Assembly: GCA_027062325.1 (NCBI GenBank)
Contig: JAMOTN010000081.1
Span: forward strand, 1-52,992
Length of the DNA: 52,992 nucleotides
Reading direction: 5' to 3'
DNA from: a bacterium
GTDB lineage: Bacteria; JAMOTN01
Below are positions 34,057 through 43,937 of this stretch, piece by piece (position 1 is the first letter of the stretch; every line of letters starts with the position of its first letter). Under the pieces are notes generated by a model that worked only from the letters and a program-made list of their open reading frames with translations, had not been told where the DNA came from and ran no database searches. The translations under genes were made by a program, and so were the position numbers.

Positions 34057-35040
34057 TTATTTATTGGGCGGGTAAGGTTTAAGTTTACCGGTTGATGACT
34101 GTCTAAACTTTATTCCATAAAACTTAAATTTTCTGTGAAGCGTTGCGCGGGAAATACCTGATATTTTTTCTGCTTCTGTGAAGCTACTTGAGCAGGCAGC
34201 CAATTCTTGTAAATATTTTTTCTCTATTTCTGCAAATGGTGGTAGCTTTCTAGAAGTTTTTTTAATGCTTCCCCTTACAGCTTCATCAATATAGTGAGGA
34301 ATATGATCTATTACAGGTGTGGTTGCGAATATGACTTCTCTTTCTATTACGTTTTGAAGTTCTCTTACGTTACCGGGCCAAGTGTATGATAAAAAGATTT
34401 CTTCAACACGTTTAGAAAGTTTCTCAACTTGTTTATTGTACTCTTGGGCGTATTTTTTTATGAAATAGTAGGCTAGGGGAAGTATGTCATCTGGGCGTTC
34501 TCTAAGAGGTGGAATGGTTATCTTTATAACATTTAGTCTCCAATAAAGATCTTCACGAAAAGTGCCCTCGTTTACCAACTCTTCTAGAGGTTTATTAGTT
34601 GCAACTATTATTCTCACATCAATGTTTAGAAGTTCTCCTCCTAACACTTGAATTTCTTGCTTGTCAATTAACCTCAAAAGTTTAGACTGTGCACTTATAG
34701 GAAGTGAATTTATCTCATCTAGAAATAGAGTTCCTCTATTAGCTAAACGCACCTTCCCCTTATAAGAATTAACAGCTCCAGTAAATGCTCCCTTTTCGAA
34801 GCCAAAGAGTTCAGCTTCTATAAGATCTCTTGGTATTGCTCCACAATTTATACTGATAAATTCTCCTGAACGTTTGGACAGTGAGTGAATTAAGCGAGCT
34901 ACTACTTCTTTTCCCGTTCCGCTCTCTCCCGTTATGAGAATGGTAGCTTTTGTTGGTGCAACTTGCTTTATTATTCGCTTTAAGTTTTCTATTGCGGAAG
35001 ATTTTCCTACTATATCTTCTAGGGTTAGATTTGCAAACAT
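34057..35040 (-). CDS. Sigma-54-dependent activator (bEBP) lacking an N-terminal sensory domain
   Basis: Motifs GESGTGKE, ELFG, GAFTGA, LFLDEI, FREDLYWRLN and WPGNVRELQN, plus a C-terminal HTH. The AAA+ core begins about 8 residues after Met. Confidence 0.9.
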   Translation of the reverse strand: MFANLTLEDIVGKSSAIENLKRIIKQVAPTKATILITGESGTGKEVVARLIHSLSKRSGEFISINCGAIPRDLIEAELFGFEKGAFTGAVNSYKGKVRLANRGTLFLDEINSLPISAQSKLLRLIDKQEIQVLGGELLNIDVRIIVATNKPLEELVNEGTFREDLYWRLNVIKITIPPLRERPDDILPLAYYFIKKYAQEYNKQVEKLSKRVEEIFLSYTWPGNVRELQNVIEREVIFATTPVIDHIPHYIDEAVRGSIKKTSRKLPPFAEIEKKYLQELAACSSSFTEAEKISGISRATLHRKFKFYGIKFRQSSTGKLKPYPPNK

Positions 35041-36383
35041 GTTACCACCTCGAAATGATGAGTTTGAGGAAACATGTCCAACACTTCCATATAAGTTACA
35101 TTGTAGCCGTATGATGTTATAATTTCTAAATCTCTTCTAAGAGTTGAAGGTTTGCAAGATGAGTAAAGAATTTTTTTGGGTTTTATCTTTTCAAGAATTA
35201 ACTCGAGAGTTTCTCTCTTCACTCCTGCACGTGGTGGATCAAGAATCACTGCATTGGGTTTTCCAAACTTTTCAAGAAATTTTGGAGCAGCTTTTGCAAC
35301 GTCAGCGGTATAAAAAATAGCTTTTTTACCCATAGATTTTGCCATGTACTTTGCAGCTCTTATGCTATCGTTTACTTCATCTATTCCTAAAATTTTTGCT
35401 TCAAGGGGAAGACTTAAAAAACCTATGCCGCAATATAAATCCCATACGTAATCTGCTTCTTTTAAAAATTCCTTTGTTATTTCTAGCATTCTAGCAGCTA
35501 CAGGATAATTGACTTGAAAGAAGGCTAAAGGGGGAACTGCATAGGATATCCCTAATTTTGGATAGTTAACAGTCATATTCTCGAGACCAACGACGTGGGA
35601 TGTTTTGTTTCCAAATATTACATTAGTTTTCTTTGGATTTGTATTTTCAAATACACCTACTTTTACTCCAAGTTTGCGAGATAATATTTTGGCGACTTGT
35701 TTTTTACCGAAAGTGTGACCTTCTCGAACTACGAATATGACTAATAGTTCGTTTTGCTTTGGATTTGTTCGAAGGGATAGTGTTCTCAGGGTTCCTGTGT
35801 GTTTGATCTCATTGTAGGGATGGACTTTCCATCTGTTTAAAACGTTTTGAAGGATTTTACTTGCTTCATTTAGAATTGGCATGTGAATCTTGCAATTTTT
35901 AACTTCGACTAAGTGATGAGAGGCTTTCTTAAAAAAGCCCAACTTCATTTCTCCAACTCTTCCGCGAACTTGCAAATTCAGCCTGTTCCTGTAAAAGAAT
36001 TGATTGGGAGAAGCAAAGATTTTTTCGGGATAGAACCATTTTTTAAAGAATTCCTGAGCATTTTCGAGTTTTATCTTTAGTTGGTGTTCATAAGAGATAT
36101 GTTGTAGATTGCACCCTCCACACTGAGCGTATACAGGGCATTCTGGAATTACTCTGTTAACAGATGGTTTTACTACGTTTAAAACTTTTCCTCTAGCCCA
36201 ATCTGAATGCTCTTCAATTAATTCAATTTCTACCATTTCTCCGTCGACAACATGGTCTACAAACACAACCTTTCCGCTTTTTAAGCGGGCTAATCCAACC
36301 CCTTCATATACAATCTTTTCTATAACCACTATTTCTCGCTGACGGTATTGGGACTTTGATTTTCCTTTTAGAATACGCCTCAA
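35025..36383 (-). CDS. rlmD: 23S rRNA m5U1939 methyltransferase
   Basis: TRAM domain and motifs C..Y..CGGC, FFQVN, DLYCGIG, DPPRAG, SCKP and DMFPQTHHFE. Confidence 0.92.
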   Translation of the reverse strand: MRRILKGKSKSQYRQREIVVIEKIVYEGVGLARLKSGKVVFVDHVVDGEMVEIELIEEHSDWARGKVLNVVKPSVNRVIPECPVYAQCGGCNLQHISYEHQLKIKLENAQEFFKKWFYPEKIFASPNQFFYRNRLNLQVRGRVGEMKLGFFKKASHHLVEVKNCKIHMPILNEASKILQNVLNRWKVHPYNEIKHTGTLRTLSLRTNPKQNELLVIFVVREGHTFGKKQVAKILSRKLGVKVGVFENTNPKKTNVIFGNKTSHVVGLENMTVNYPKLGISYAVPPLAFFQVNYPVAARMLEITKEFLKEADYVWDLYCGIGFLSLPLEAKILGIDEVNDSIRAAKYMAKSMGKKAIFYTADVAKAAPKFLEKFGKPNAVILDPPRAGVKRETLELILEKIKPKKILYSSCKPSTLRRDLEIITSYGYNVTYMEVLDMFPQTHHFEVVTCLQI

Positions 36384-36424
36384 CTATCATCCCTCCGCTG
36401 ATTTCTGAAGTAGTCAAGATAATT

Positions 36425-36643
36425 TTACCCCAATTTTTTAGCAAGTTCAGAGGTGGTGGATATTGTATAAAGCGGTTTTCCTTTTTCTATCAGGGTTTTT
36501 ATAATTCGGCTCTTTAAGAGTTGAAGCCAAAAAGAAGTTTCATATTTTCTACTTTTTCTTGCAGAAAGATAAGTTCCGCACTTTGGACAAAACTTTTCTT
36601 CGCAGATTATTTTGCACTTTTGGCAATAGAAGAACTTAGTCAT
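36425..36643 (-). CDS. Small zinc-ribbon protein
   Basis: AAGGAG SD before ATG 36643. 72 aa, basic, with CQKC-x8-CPKCG. Confidence 0.7.
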   Translation of the reverse strand: MTKFFYCQKCKIICEEKFCPKCGTYLSARKSRKYETSFWLQLLKSRIIKTLIEKGKPLYTISTTSELAKKLG

Positions 36644-36951
36644 ACGCCTCACTCCTTTATGTATTGTTACTGGTTTCAATGTTTTTAGGTTTTGTTTTTT
36701 AGTTTTAAGCAAATTTTATTCCAGAAGAAACGGTGAATCTTTAAAGGAAAATACGGAGGTTTTATGTTCCACGTTTCAGTGGTTATTTCAATTTGAAATA
36801 TTCCGACTGTATTTTATCGAGTGTTGAGATATAGTGCCGATTTATAATTTTGAAAGTGTAAAAGTTAGTGGAGGTATTATAAGTGAGAGAGGAATTTTTG
36901 AAAATATCAACCTCTAACAGGATTATTTTAAGACATAGTAGAGGAGTTTTT

Positions 36952-39900
36952 GTGCGTGGTTTGGTTTTAGCTGCTACTTTGATTGTCTTGGTTTTTAATA
37001 CTTTTGCATATAGGGTTATTATAAATGAATTTTCTGATCCAAGACTTTCATCTGGTTGGATAGAGTTAAAGTGCTTAGATGATGACGGTGGCGCGGGAGT
37101 TGATGTTTCTTCGTGGACGGTAACGGATCTTGATGGAGCGGAGGCTCCGTTGAGTTCAGCTGGAAGCGTTACTATGTATGCTACAGATCTTCCAGCAACT
37201 CCATGGGATGATAGGTTTGTTGTAGTTCACTGGGGAGTTAGTGGTGATGATGAAGTTGATGGTTCAGGGGATTTAAATGAAAATGGAGTGAGGGATATAT
37301 ACCTTGGGGGACCTGGATTTGGTAGTGCAGATCAGATGGTAATAGATACAGATACTAATTATTCCAATGGAGGCTTTGTGGATGCAGTTGTGTTTACAAA
37401 TGGAAGCGCTTATGATCTCTCAGATGTTGATAATTATTTGGTGCCAGCTGGTCAATGGGTAGTTGAGAATGGATTATGCTCACTTTCTGATACTGTTGAT
37501 CTTTCACCTTATAAACTTGGAGTTTACGTTGCACGCGATACTATATCCACAGATACTAATACTAAATTTGACTGGCATGCAGTTAATTTTTCAACTCCCG
37601 GGAGCGATAATGAGGGAGTTGGAAGTGCTGCTGACGGTACAGGCGTGTTGGAAAGTTATCTTCCTACTTCAATTGATCCTTCTGTTGATACTAATTTTTC
37701 ACTTGTGATGCGAGGGCAAATTGCTGCTACAGTAGAGGAGGTTGCGTTGGAAATACCTGACTATTGGATTTGGAGTTGGAATGAAGATGATGTTGTTGTT
37801 TCGGGAAGTGCTATTAAGGCTTCTACACGTGTAACCATTGATCAGACTTCCAGAAGAATTATTTTGAATGGAGTGGTTTTGATTCCTACTACCGAGGTCC
37901 AGGTAAATCTCTACGGTTTAAAGTCGCCGTCGATTATTCTCACGGCTTCTAGTGAGTTTGCGCAATTTAAGGTTTTAACGGCAGGATATTTAGGAAAACT
38001 TACGAAGGCGTTTGTATGTCCTGTTCGTGTTGGAAAGCGTTCGTGGAAGTCAATAAAGATTGTGATAAATGAGTTTAAAAAAGGTGACTTTTTAGAGTTG
38101 TACATTAAAGATGATGGGAATAATGGAAAAGGTGTAGATATATCTGGTTTACAAGTATGTGTGAATTCAACACTAGTAAAACTTGTAGAGAATCTTGTGG
38201 TTTTTAGTGGTTCATATGTAGTGTTGAAAAATAATGTTGAGGATTCAAATTTGGCTAATCCCGTGGCTTACTTGAATTTTAACAGATCTTATGAGTGGAG
38301 AGATGATACGAGTATATGTATTCAAGATGATTCAGGGAAGATTTTAGATGCACTTTTAATGTCAGATTATGATGGAAATACTGAAAATTCTGAATTTCAG
38401 AGAATTTGGGAGGCTGGAGAGTGGAAGTGTTTTGCAGATTCCTGCGCTGTTTCTGTGAAGGAAATTGATTGGAGTTCCCAGTCGGTTGCACGACTTTGGG
38501 GGGCGGTAGATACCAATCGTGCTTCTGATTTTAGAGTTACTTATTTGGTAAGTGAGGGATTGGAGAACAAGGATGTTGGATTCCCTAAAAGGATACTTAT
38601 AAATGAAGTTAAGTTCAAAGGTGAGGATCAGTTTATAGAATTAAAAGCTTTGGAGGATGGTAATTTTAAAGAGTACAGAGTTTGTATGGGAAATACTGTT
38701 TTAAAAGTTTTGCCGGATGTAGAGATACCGCGCAATACGTATATTGTGCTGTGGTTAAAAAATGGATTAGATGAGCTGGATGCTTCAGATGGTGTTGTTA
38801 ACTTATATACAAATTTTACAGCTCTCAATCCTGAAGATGGACAGATAGTTTTGTATGACAATCAAGGTGGAATAATGGATGCGGTGTGCTACAGTAATGG
38901 AGATTTGACTGAAACTGATACTGCTTTTGTGGATTGGTTGGTTCAAAAAAATGCTTGGTTTGCTAATTTTGGATACGAAGCAGAGTATTGCGTTGATTCT
39001 AATATTTCCGAAGAGTGTGCTATAACGAGAAATGAGCTTGCCAATGATACAAATACAAAGAATGACTGGTATTGCCGCTATCCAACAGCGGGGAAAGCTG
39101 CAAATGTTTTACAAACTGCGGTTGAAATAAAAGCCACTTCAAATTTGGAAGTTAATACCAATCAATTATATTGGCTTGAATTTTGGGTAGCAGATGCTTA
39201 TGGTAAACCTGTAAACTATCCAGCTCCCCTTGAAGTTTTGACCTCAAATAGCTCTATAAAAGTTTCCAATGATGCGCTTACTTGGAGTAATAAAGTTGAG
39301 GTTATGCCAAGTGGAAAAACTGGAGTTTGGCTCAAAGTAGAGGATTTAACAGATCCTGTGTTTGTGCTTATCAGAGATACAATTTCTCAGCTTGGAAGTG
39401 TTAAGGTGTCTATAACCAAATACAATGAAGCGGATATATTGGTAACTGAACTTATGGCGGAGCCGCCTAATGGATGGAGTAAGTCCAACCTAACGTGGAT
39501 AGAAATTTATAATTACACAACTAAAGAGGTTGATTTAGCTTCTTATAAATTAAGAGTTAAGAGTATAACAGGAGATGTGGTTAGGGAATACTCGTTGCCT
39601 GCATTAACTTTGAGACCGGGGGAGGTTGCATGCTTGGTTTCTCAGCTTGAAGACGATGATGATGCGGATGGTGTTTCTTTTTCAACATTTTACGGTAATA
39701 GAGATGGCGTGTGGGATGAAAAAGATGGATTTAGAGCATGGCAGATTGATGGATTGGAACTGGAGGAGAATAGTATCCTTGAATTTATAGATGAGGTTCA
39801 TGGTAAGCGAATAGCACTTTACATACCGCGCGGAAAAGGAGCGGTTGCTTACAAAGTGTCAGAACCTGCTGATTTTACAGCTTCATTTAATGATGCTTTG

Positions 39901-41346
39901 CTCAGTAAATTCACCGAGTATGGTAATCCCGGTATAGTAGATAATTTATCCATAGGATTGAATGTTTGTGCTCCAAAGGTTGTAGATTATCGCAATAAGC
40001 TTATTATTTCTGCAGTTTCAGATGTGGAGCCAAATCTTTATTGGAGGATAGGGAAATACAATCCAACTTTGCAGAAAATGGTGAAAGTAGGTGATACTTG
40101 GCAGGCTGTCTTTGATGTATCCAGCTGGAAAGATTCGACTTTTGAATTTTACGTGGAGGCAGGAAGAGAGAGGTATCCACAAGAAGGGTATGCAAAAGTT
40201 TTGATAAAAGATGATACTACTCAGTTGGTATTGCTTATGTCTTCATCTCAAATCGCTAAGGATTCATGGGCTACTTTGAGTGTATATCTTCAAGGAGATT
40301 ATGAAGGTAGTGAGTTGAATTTTTACATAAATGTCCCTGATGGAATATGGATAGATGATGCGAATGCTCAAAGGCCAGGAGTTCAGGCCTATGTGTATCA
40401 GGGATTTGATTTTCAGAATGAGTATAGTGGTGGGGAGTTTGCTTTTACCTTGCAGAATAGGTACGGATTTAAAGAGGGAAAACTTATTGATATAGTTTTC
40501 AAGGTGAGTAAGAACAGTGAGATAAATGATGTCTTGGAGTTTAATCTTGTTTCAGATGTAAATGCAAGTAAAGTTGTTGTAAAAGTTTTGGAAGAGGGGA
40601 GTGCTTACATAACTTATGAAGGAGGAGTTGTTTTTGGTCCTTATTCATCTTCTCTTACAATTCCTCCAGCAGCTTTGGACAGCGGGGCTGAAATTTCCAT
40701 TAAAAGATTGAGTTTGAATGAGGTGCCATCGGTTAATAATTTAGAAGATTATCATGTGAAGGTAGCTAATATTGTTTACGGCCTCTATCCCGATGATATT
40801 GAATTTTTAAAACCTTGTGTATTTTCAATATACATTACCTCAGATGAATTGGCAGAAGCAGGAATTGGAGATTCTGAAACATTGATACTTTATCGCTGGT
40901 TTGAAAATGAAGGAAAGTGGATTGCCGTGGATACACTTAGAGTTACGCGTAGTGGATATTACACAGCTGATATATCTAAAGGAGGCCTGTACGTTGTTGG
41001 TTCTGGAGTTGTTTCGTATACTGAGTTTGCGTTTTCTGGTTTAGAGGTTTATCCCCGAGTGTTCAATCCCGATGAGATAGATTTGAGTGGTGAGCTAAAG
41101 TTCCAGTATTTTGTCAGTTTTCCAGCACGCGTTGAGTTTAAGATTTACAATTCGCGTGGTATAAAGGTTAAGGAATTTACAGTAAATGCAGTAGCAGGAG
41201 TCAATACTGCTTGGTGGGATGGAAGAGATAATGGTGGTAAAGTGGTAAAAAGCGGAATATACATTGTTGTTGCGAAAGCTTATGATGAGAGTAGTGGAAA
41301 GTACATAAGGCAAAAAAAGGCATTTGTAATAAAAAGAAATAGGTGA
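36952..41346 (+). CDS. Large secreted protein: four lamin-tail domains, cohesin-like and ZU5-like regions, C-terminal FlgD-Ig/T9SS-CTD-like domain
   Basis: GAGGAG SD before GTG 36952 and a signal peptide. LTD starts VIINEF, IVINEF, ILINEV and ILVTEL, each followed by (W/F)(I/L)E(L/I). C-terminus reads VYPRVFNPD...IYNSRG..VK...WDGRD..G..V.SGIYIV. Confidence 0.8.
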   Translation: MRGLVLAATLIVLVFNTFAYRVIINEFSDPRLSSGWIELKCLDDDGGAGVDVSSWTVTDLDGAEAPLSSAGSVTMYATDLPATPWDDRFVVVHWGVSGDDEVDGSGDLNENGVRDIYLGGPGFGSADQMVIDTDTNYSNGGFVDAVVFTNGSAYDLSDVDNYLVPAGQWVVENGLCSLSDTVDLSPYKLGVYVARDTISTDTNTKFDWHAVNFSTPGSDNEGVGSAADGTGVLESYLPTSIDPSVDTNFSLVMRGQIAATVEEVALEIPDYWIWSWNEDDVVVSGSAIKASTRVTIDQTSRRIILNGVVLIPTTEVQVNLYGLKSPSIILTASSEFAQFKVLTAGYLGKLTKAFVCPVRVGKRSWKSIKIVINEFKKGDFLELYIKDDGNNGKGVDISGLQVCVNSTLVKLVENLVVFSGSYVVLKNNVEDSNLANPVAYLNFNRSYEWRDDTSICIQDDSGKILDALLMSDYDGNTENSEFQRIWEAGEWKCFADSCAVSVKEIDWSSQSVARLWGAVDTNRASDFRVTYLVSEGLENKDVGFPKRILINEVKFKGEDQFIELKALEDGNFKEYRVCMGNTVLKVLPDVEIPRNTYIVLWLKNGLDELDASDGVVNLYTNFTALNPEDGQIVLYDNQGGIMDAVCYSNGDLTETDTAFVDWLVQKNAWFANFGYEAEYCVDSNISEECAITRNELANDTNTKNDWYCRYPTAGKAANVLQTAVEIKATSNLEVNTNQLYWLEFWVADAYGKPVNYPAPLEVLTSNSSIKVSNDALTWSNKVEVMPSGKTGVWLKVEDLTDPVFVLIRDTISQLGSVKVSITKYNEADILVTELMAEPPNGWSKSNLTWIEIYNYTTKEVDLASYKLRVKSITGDVVREYSLPALTLRPGEVACLVSQLEDDDDADGVSFSTFYGNRDGVWDEKDGFRAWQIDGLELEENSILEFIDEVHGKRIALYIPRGKGAVAYKVSEPADFTASFNDALLSKFTEYGNPGIVDNLSIGLNVCAPKVVDYRNKLIISAVSDVEPNLYWRIGKYNPTLQKMVKVGDTWQAVFDVSSWKDSTFEFYVEAGRERYPQEGYAKVLIKDDTTQLVLLMSSSQIAKDSWATLSVYLQGDYEGSELNFYINVPDGIWIDDANAQRPGVQAYVYQGFDFQNEYSGGEFAFTLQNRYGFKEGKLIDIVFKVSKNSEINDVLEFNLVSDVNASKVVVKVLEEGSAYITYEGGVVFGPYSSSLTIPPAALDSGAEISIKRLSLNEVPSVNNLEDYHVKVANIVYGLYPDDIEFLKPCVFSIYITSDELAEAGIGDSETLILYRWFENEGKWIAVDTLRVTRSGYYTADISKGGLYVVGSGVVSYTEFAFSGLEVYPRVFNPDEIDLSGELKFQYFVSFPARVEFKIYNSRGIKVKEFTVNAVAGVNTAWWDGRDNGGKVVKSGIYIVVAKAYDESSGKYIRQKKAFVIKRNR

Positions 41347-41400
41347 TTGAAATGTGTCTTTTATTCTCTATTTGATGGGGCACTTTGCCGATTATTTATT

Positions 41401-42192
41401 GTGATGAAGTACAGAGCGTTGATATTTGTGTTGATATGGCTTTACTTTTCAAATTTGTACGCTGCTTTTGAAAATTTGGAGACTGCATTAGTTTTGGGAA
41501 ATGCAAATGCTACTGTTGCTTCATGTAAAGGGGTTGAGGCTTTTTTTTCTAATTTAGCAGGCTTGTCTAAAACCCGAGGTTACAACATTTATTATGAGGA
41601 AAATGACAGATACGGCTTTGATGAAATGTCTCAGACTAACTTTGCAGCAGCTTTTGATATGGCAGAGTTTGGAAAGTGGGGATTTTTCTACAGCAGGTTT
41701 GGGTTCGATCTTTACAAAGAGGAGAAGAGTGGGATTGGTGTTGGGACTGAATTTGGAAAATTTAGGATGGGATTTGCTGGTTATAAGCTGCGCTTAAAGG
41801 TGGAAGAAAAATACGTTGATGCTTTTTCATTTGATGCCGGATTCATGTATTCGCCGTATGAGAAGTTGAGTTTTGGTTTGTCGTTTAAAAATTTTAATTC
41901 CCCCAAGTTGTTGGATAAGGTTGATAGAGTTACAACTTTGGGAGTATCCTATACCTTTCAGAATTTCACATTGGAGTTAGATTGGGAAAATTCAGATTAC
42001 AACCGATTCAGAGTGGGATACTCGTGGAAAATAAACGATTGGTTTACTATAAAAAGCGGATATTTGAGTAAACCTTCGTCTTTTACGGGTGGTTTTAAAT
42101 TGGTTAGATCAAGATTTATTGTTGATTTTGCCTTTACTACTCATACGGAGCTTGGCACCACATCTTACCTTGGGTTTGGGGTGCAGATGTGA
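41401..42192 (+). CDS. PorV/FadL-like outer-membrane beta-barrel
   Basis: Signal peptide. LGNANATVA...AFFSNLAGLS resembles the NPAGL motif, and FDAGFMY and FGLSFKN are present. Amphipathic strands run to the C-terminus. Start is GTG 41401 or ATG 41404. Confidence 0.7.
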   Translation: MMKYRALIFVLIWLYFSNLYAAFENLETALVLGNANATVASCKGVEAFFSNLAGLSKTRGYNIYYEENDRYGFDEMSQTNFAAAFDMAEFGKWGFFYSRFGFDLYKEEKSGIGVGTEFGKFRMGFAGYKLRLKVEEKYVDAFSFDAGFMYSPYEKLSFGLSFKNFNSPKLLDKVDRVTTLGVSYTFQNFTLELDWENSDYNRFRVGYSWKINDWFTIKSGYLSKPSSFTGGFKLVRSRFIVDFAFTTHTELGTTSYLGFGVQM

Positions 42193-43937
42193 TGAGGGTG
42201 ATGAAATTTTACTTTGTAATATTTGCATGTTTTGTTGTAAGTAGTGCTTATTCCGCCATAGATTCAGATCTTGCAGATTATCTATTTTCAACAGAGGAAG
42301 ATTACTTTGAGGAAGAGATTTTTAACTACAAGGTTGATGTAAATACAGCTCAGCTTGACGATTTGTTAGAGATTCCCACGATGACATTTTGGGCAGCTAA
42401 GAAGATTTTAAAGGAGAGAAAGAAAAGAGGTTGGTTTACTGATATGTATGAGCTGGAAAAAATTTTGCCTGAGGCTTATTTTGAGATGATTAAAGATTGG
42501 CTTGAGGTCAAGACTTACCCATGGCGAAAAGATTTTAAAGCTGGTGTTAAGAGTGAGTATGAAAAGCAGGCGTTTTCAGATGATGGAGTAACAAGCTCTC
42601 AACTTTGGTGGCGAAGTGATAGAGTTGAGGGGTCGATAACCACTAACTACACTGATGGAGATCTGGCTTTTTCATCAGGATGGATATCGTCGTGGATAGA
42701 AAAGAAGGTTGCTACCGGAGAGTTGAAGAAAGAGGGAAATTTTGATTATTACAAAAGACGTGGTGGACAGAGGCGTTTCAATGTAGATGCAATAGTTTCG
42801 GAGGTTGCAAATAGCATAGATTATACTCCTCAGGTGGCAGAGGCTGATTGGAAAGGATATATGTTTGATTTTCACGATGTTACAGAAGATTTAAAAAAGG
42901 CAAATGTTGCTTTGAAGTTGATGGAGGCGGATAATACCAAAAGTGAAAAGCTTAAGAAAGAAGCTAAGCAAGCACTTGAGAGTTTGAAAGATAAAACTAA
43001 GAAAGTTGCAACAGCAATATATCAGCCGATTGAGAAGAAAGAAAAAATTGAATACTTTAAACCACCTGCAACTTACAAGAGAATTGCAAAGATCACAGTT
43101 GGTAGTGTCATTCCAGCTCAAGGAGCGAAGCCTATCTATCGTCGAAGAAAAAGTGATTGGTTGGGTGTAAAACTTGATTATTATCAATCAGTTTTGCACA
43201 CTTCACTCACAGTAGGAAAAGAGAAGGATGGTGATGATAAGTTATTCGGTTTGAACATGGAATTTGAAGTAGGAGGTGCTCTTATAGGGAGCAAAATTGA
43301 GCGTTTAGAGAAAGAGAGTGCCTCTTCTGAGACTCAGCTTGGTTTATTTTTAAACTATGGTATGGGTCGTGTCAATGTTTACAGTGAGTGGCAGCAACTT
43401 GTTGGTGGAGGGAATCGATTTTTTTCTCTTGCATCTGTAAGTTTTCACGGGTTGAGTTTAAATTTGGGTTATGACTCCTTGATTCCTGAGTATCCTCAGG
43501 AGTTCAAGGTTTACGATGGTGGAAGTTTCTTTATTGAGAGCTTCATACCGTTGGAAAAAAGGGTTACCTTGTACAGCCGTTGGACAAAAGTTGATGCTGA
43601 AGATTACTCAGCAGATTATGTTAAGGGGGAGTTTAGGTTTGGTTTTAAAAAAGGAGTGAGGTTGAAAGTTGGCGTTGGTTATACGAATACTAACGATAAT
43701 GAGAAATATAAATCTTGGTTTAAATGGGAGCTTCGAGAAAAAAAGTACAGTCTTTCTGCTGCTTTTGGTTATGATGATGGATATGTTAATGTAGATAATG
43801 ATGAAAAGAGAGAGCTGGGTTTTGAAGCAGCTTTGAAGGGGAAAATTAGCGTAAAGGTGAGGTATAAAAGCGTATATGATTACTCCAAACAGGATGCGGA
43901 CAACTATGTTTACCTATTTTTCTCACAAAGCTTTTAA
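42189..43937 (+). CDS. ComEA-type HhH domain fused to an outer-membrane beta-barrel
   Basis: Signal peptide, VDVNTAQLDDLLEIP...AKKILKERKKRGWF...EL, and C-terminal amphipathic strands ending YLFFSQSF (terminal Phe). Confidence 0.7.
   Translation: MMRVMKFYFVIFACFVVSSAYSAIDSDLADYLFSTEEDYFEEEIFNYKVDVNTAQLDDLLEIPTMTFWAAKKILKERKKRGWFTDMYELEKILPEAYFEMIKDWLEVKTYPWRKDFKAGVKSEYEKQAFSDDGVTSSQLWWRSDRVEGSITTNYTDGDLAFSSGWISSWIEKKVATGELKKEGNFDYYKRRGGQRRFNVDAIVSEVANSIDYTPQVAEADWKGYMFDFHDVTEDLKKANVALKLMEADNTKSEKLKKEAKQALESLKDKTKKVATAIYQPIEKKEKIEYFKPPATYKRIAKITVGSVIPAQGAKPIYRRRKSDWLGVKLDYYQSVLHTSLTVGKEKDGDDKLFGLNMEFEVGGALIGSKIERLEKESASSETQLGLFLNYGMGRVNVYSEWQQLVGGGNRFFSLASVSFHGLSLNLGYDSLIPEYPQEFKVYDGGSFFIESFIPLEKRVTLYSRWTKVDAEDYSADYVKGEFRFGFKKGVRLKVGVGYTNTNDNEKYKSWFKWELREKKYSLSAAFGYDDGYVNVDNDEKRELGFEAALKGKISVKVRYKSVYDYSKQDADNYVYLFFSQSF

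Noticed and set aside
36765-36780. parS-like TGTTCCACGT
   Set aside because: Only the left part matches; the remainder is TTCAGT rather than GAAACA or GGAACA.
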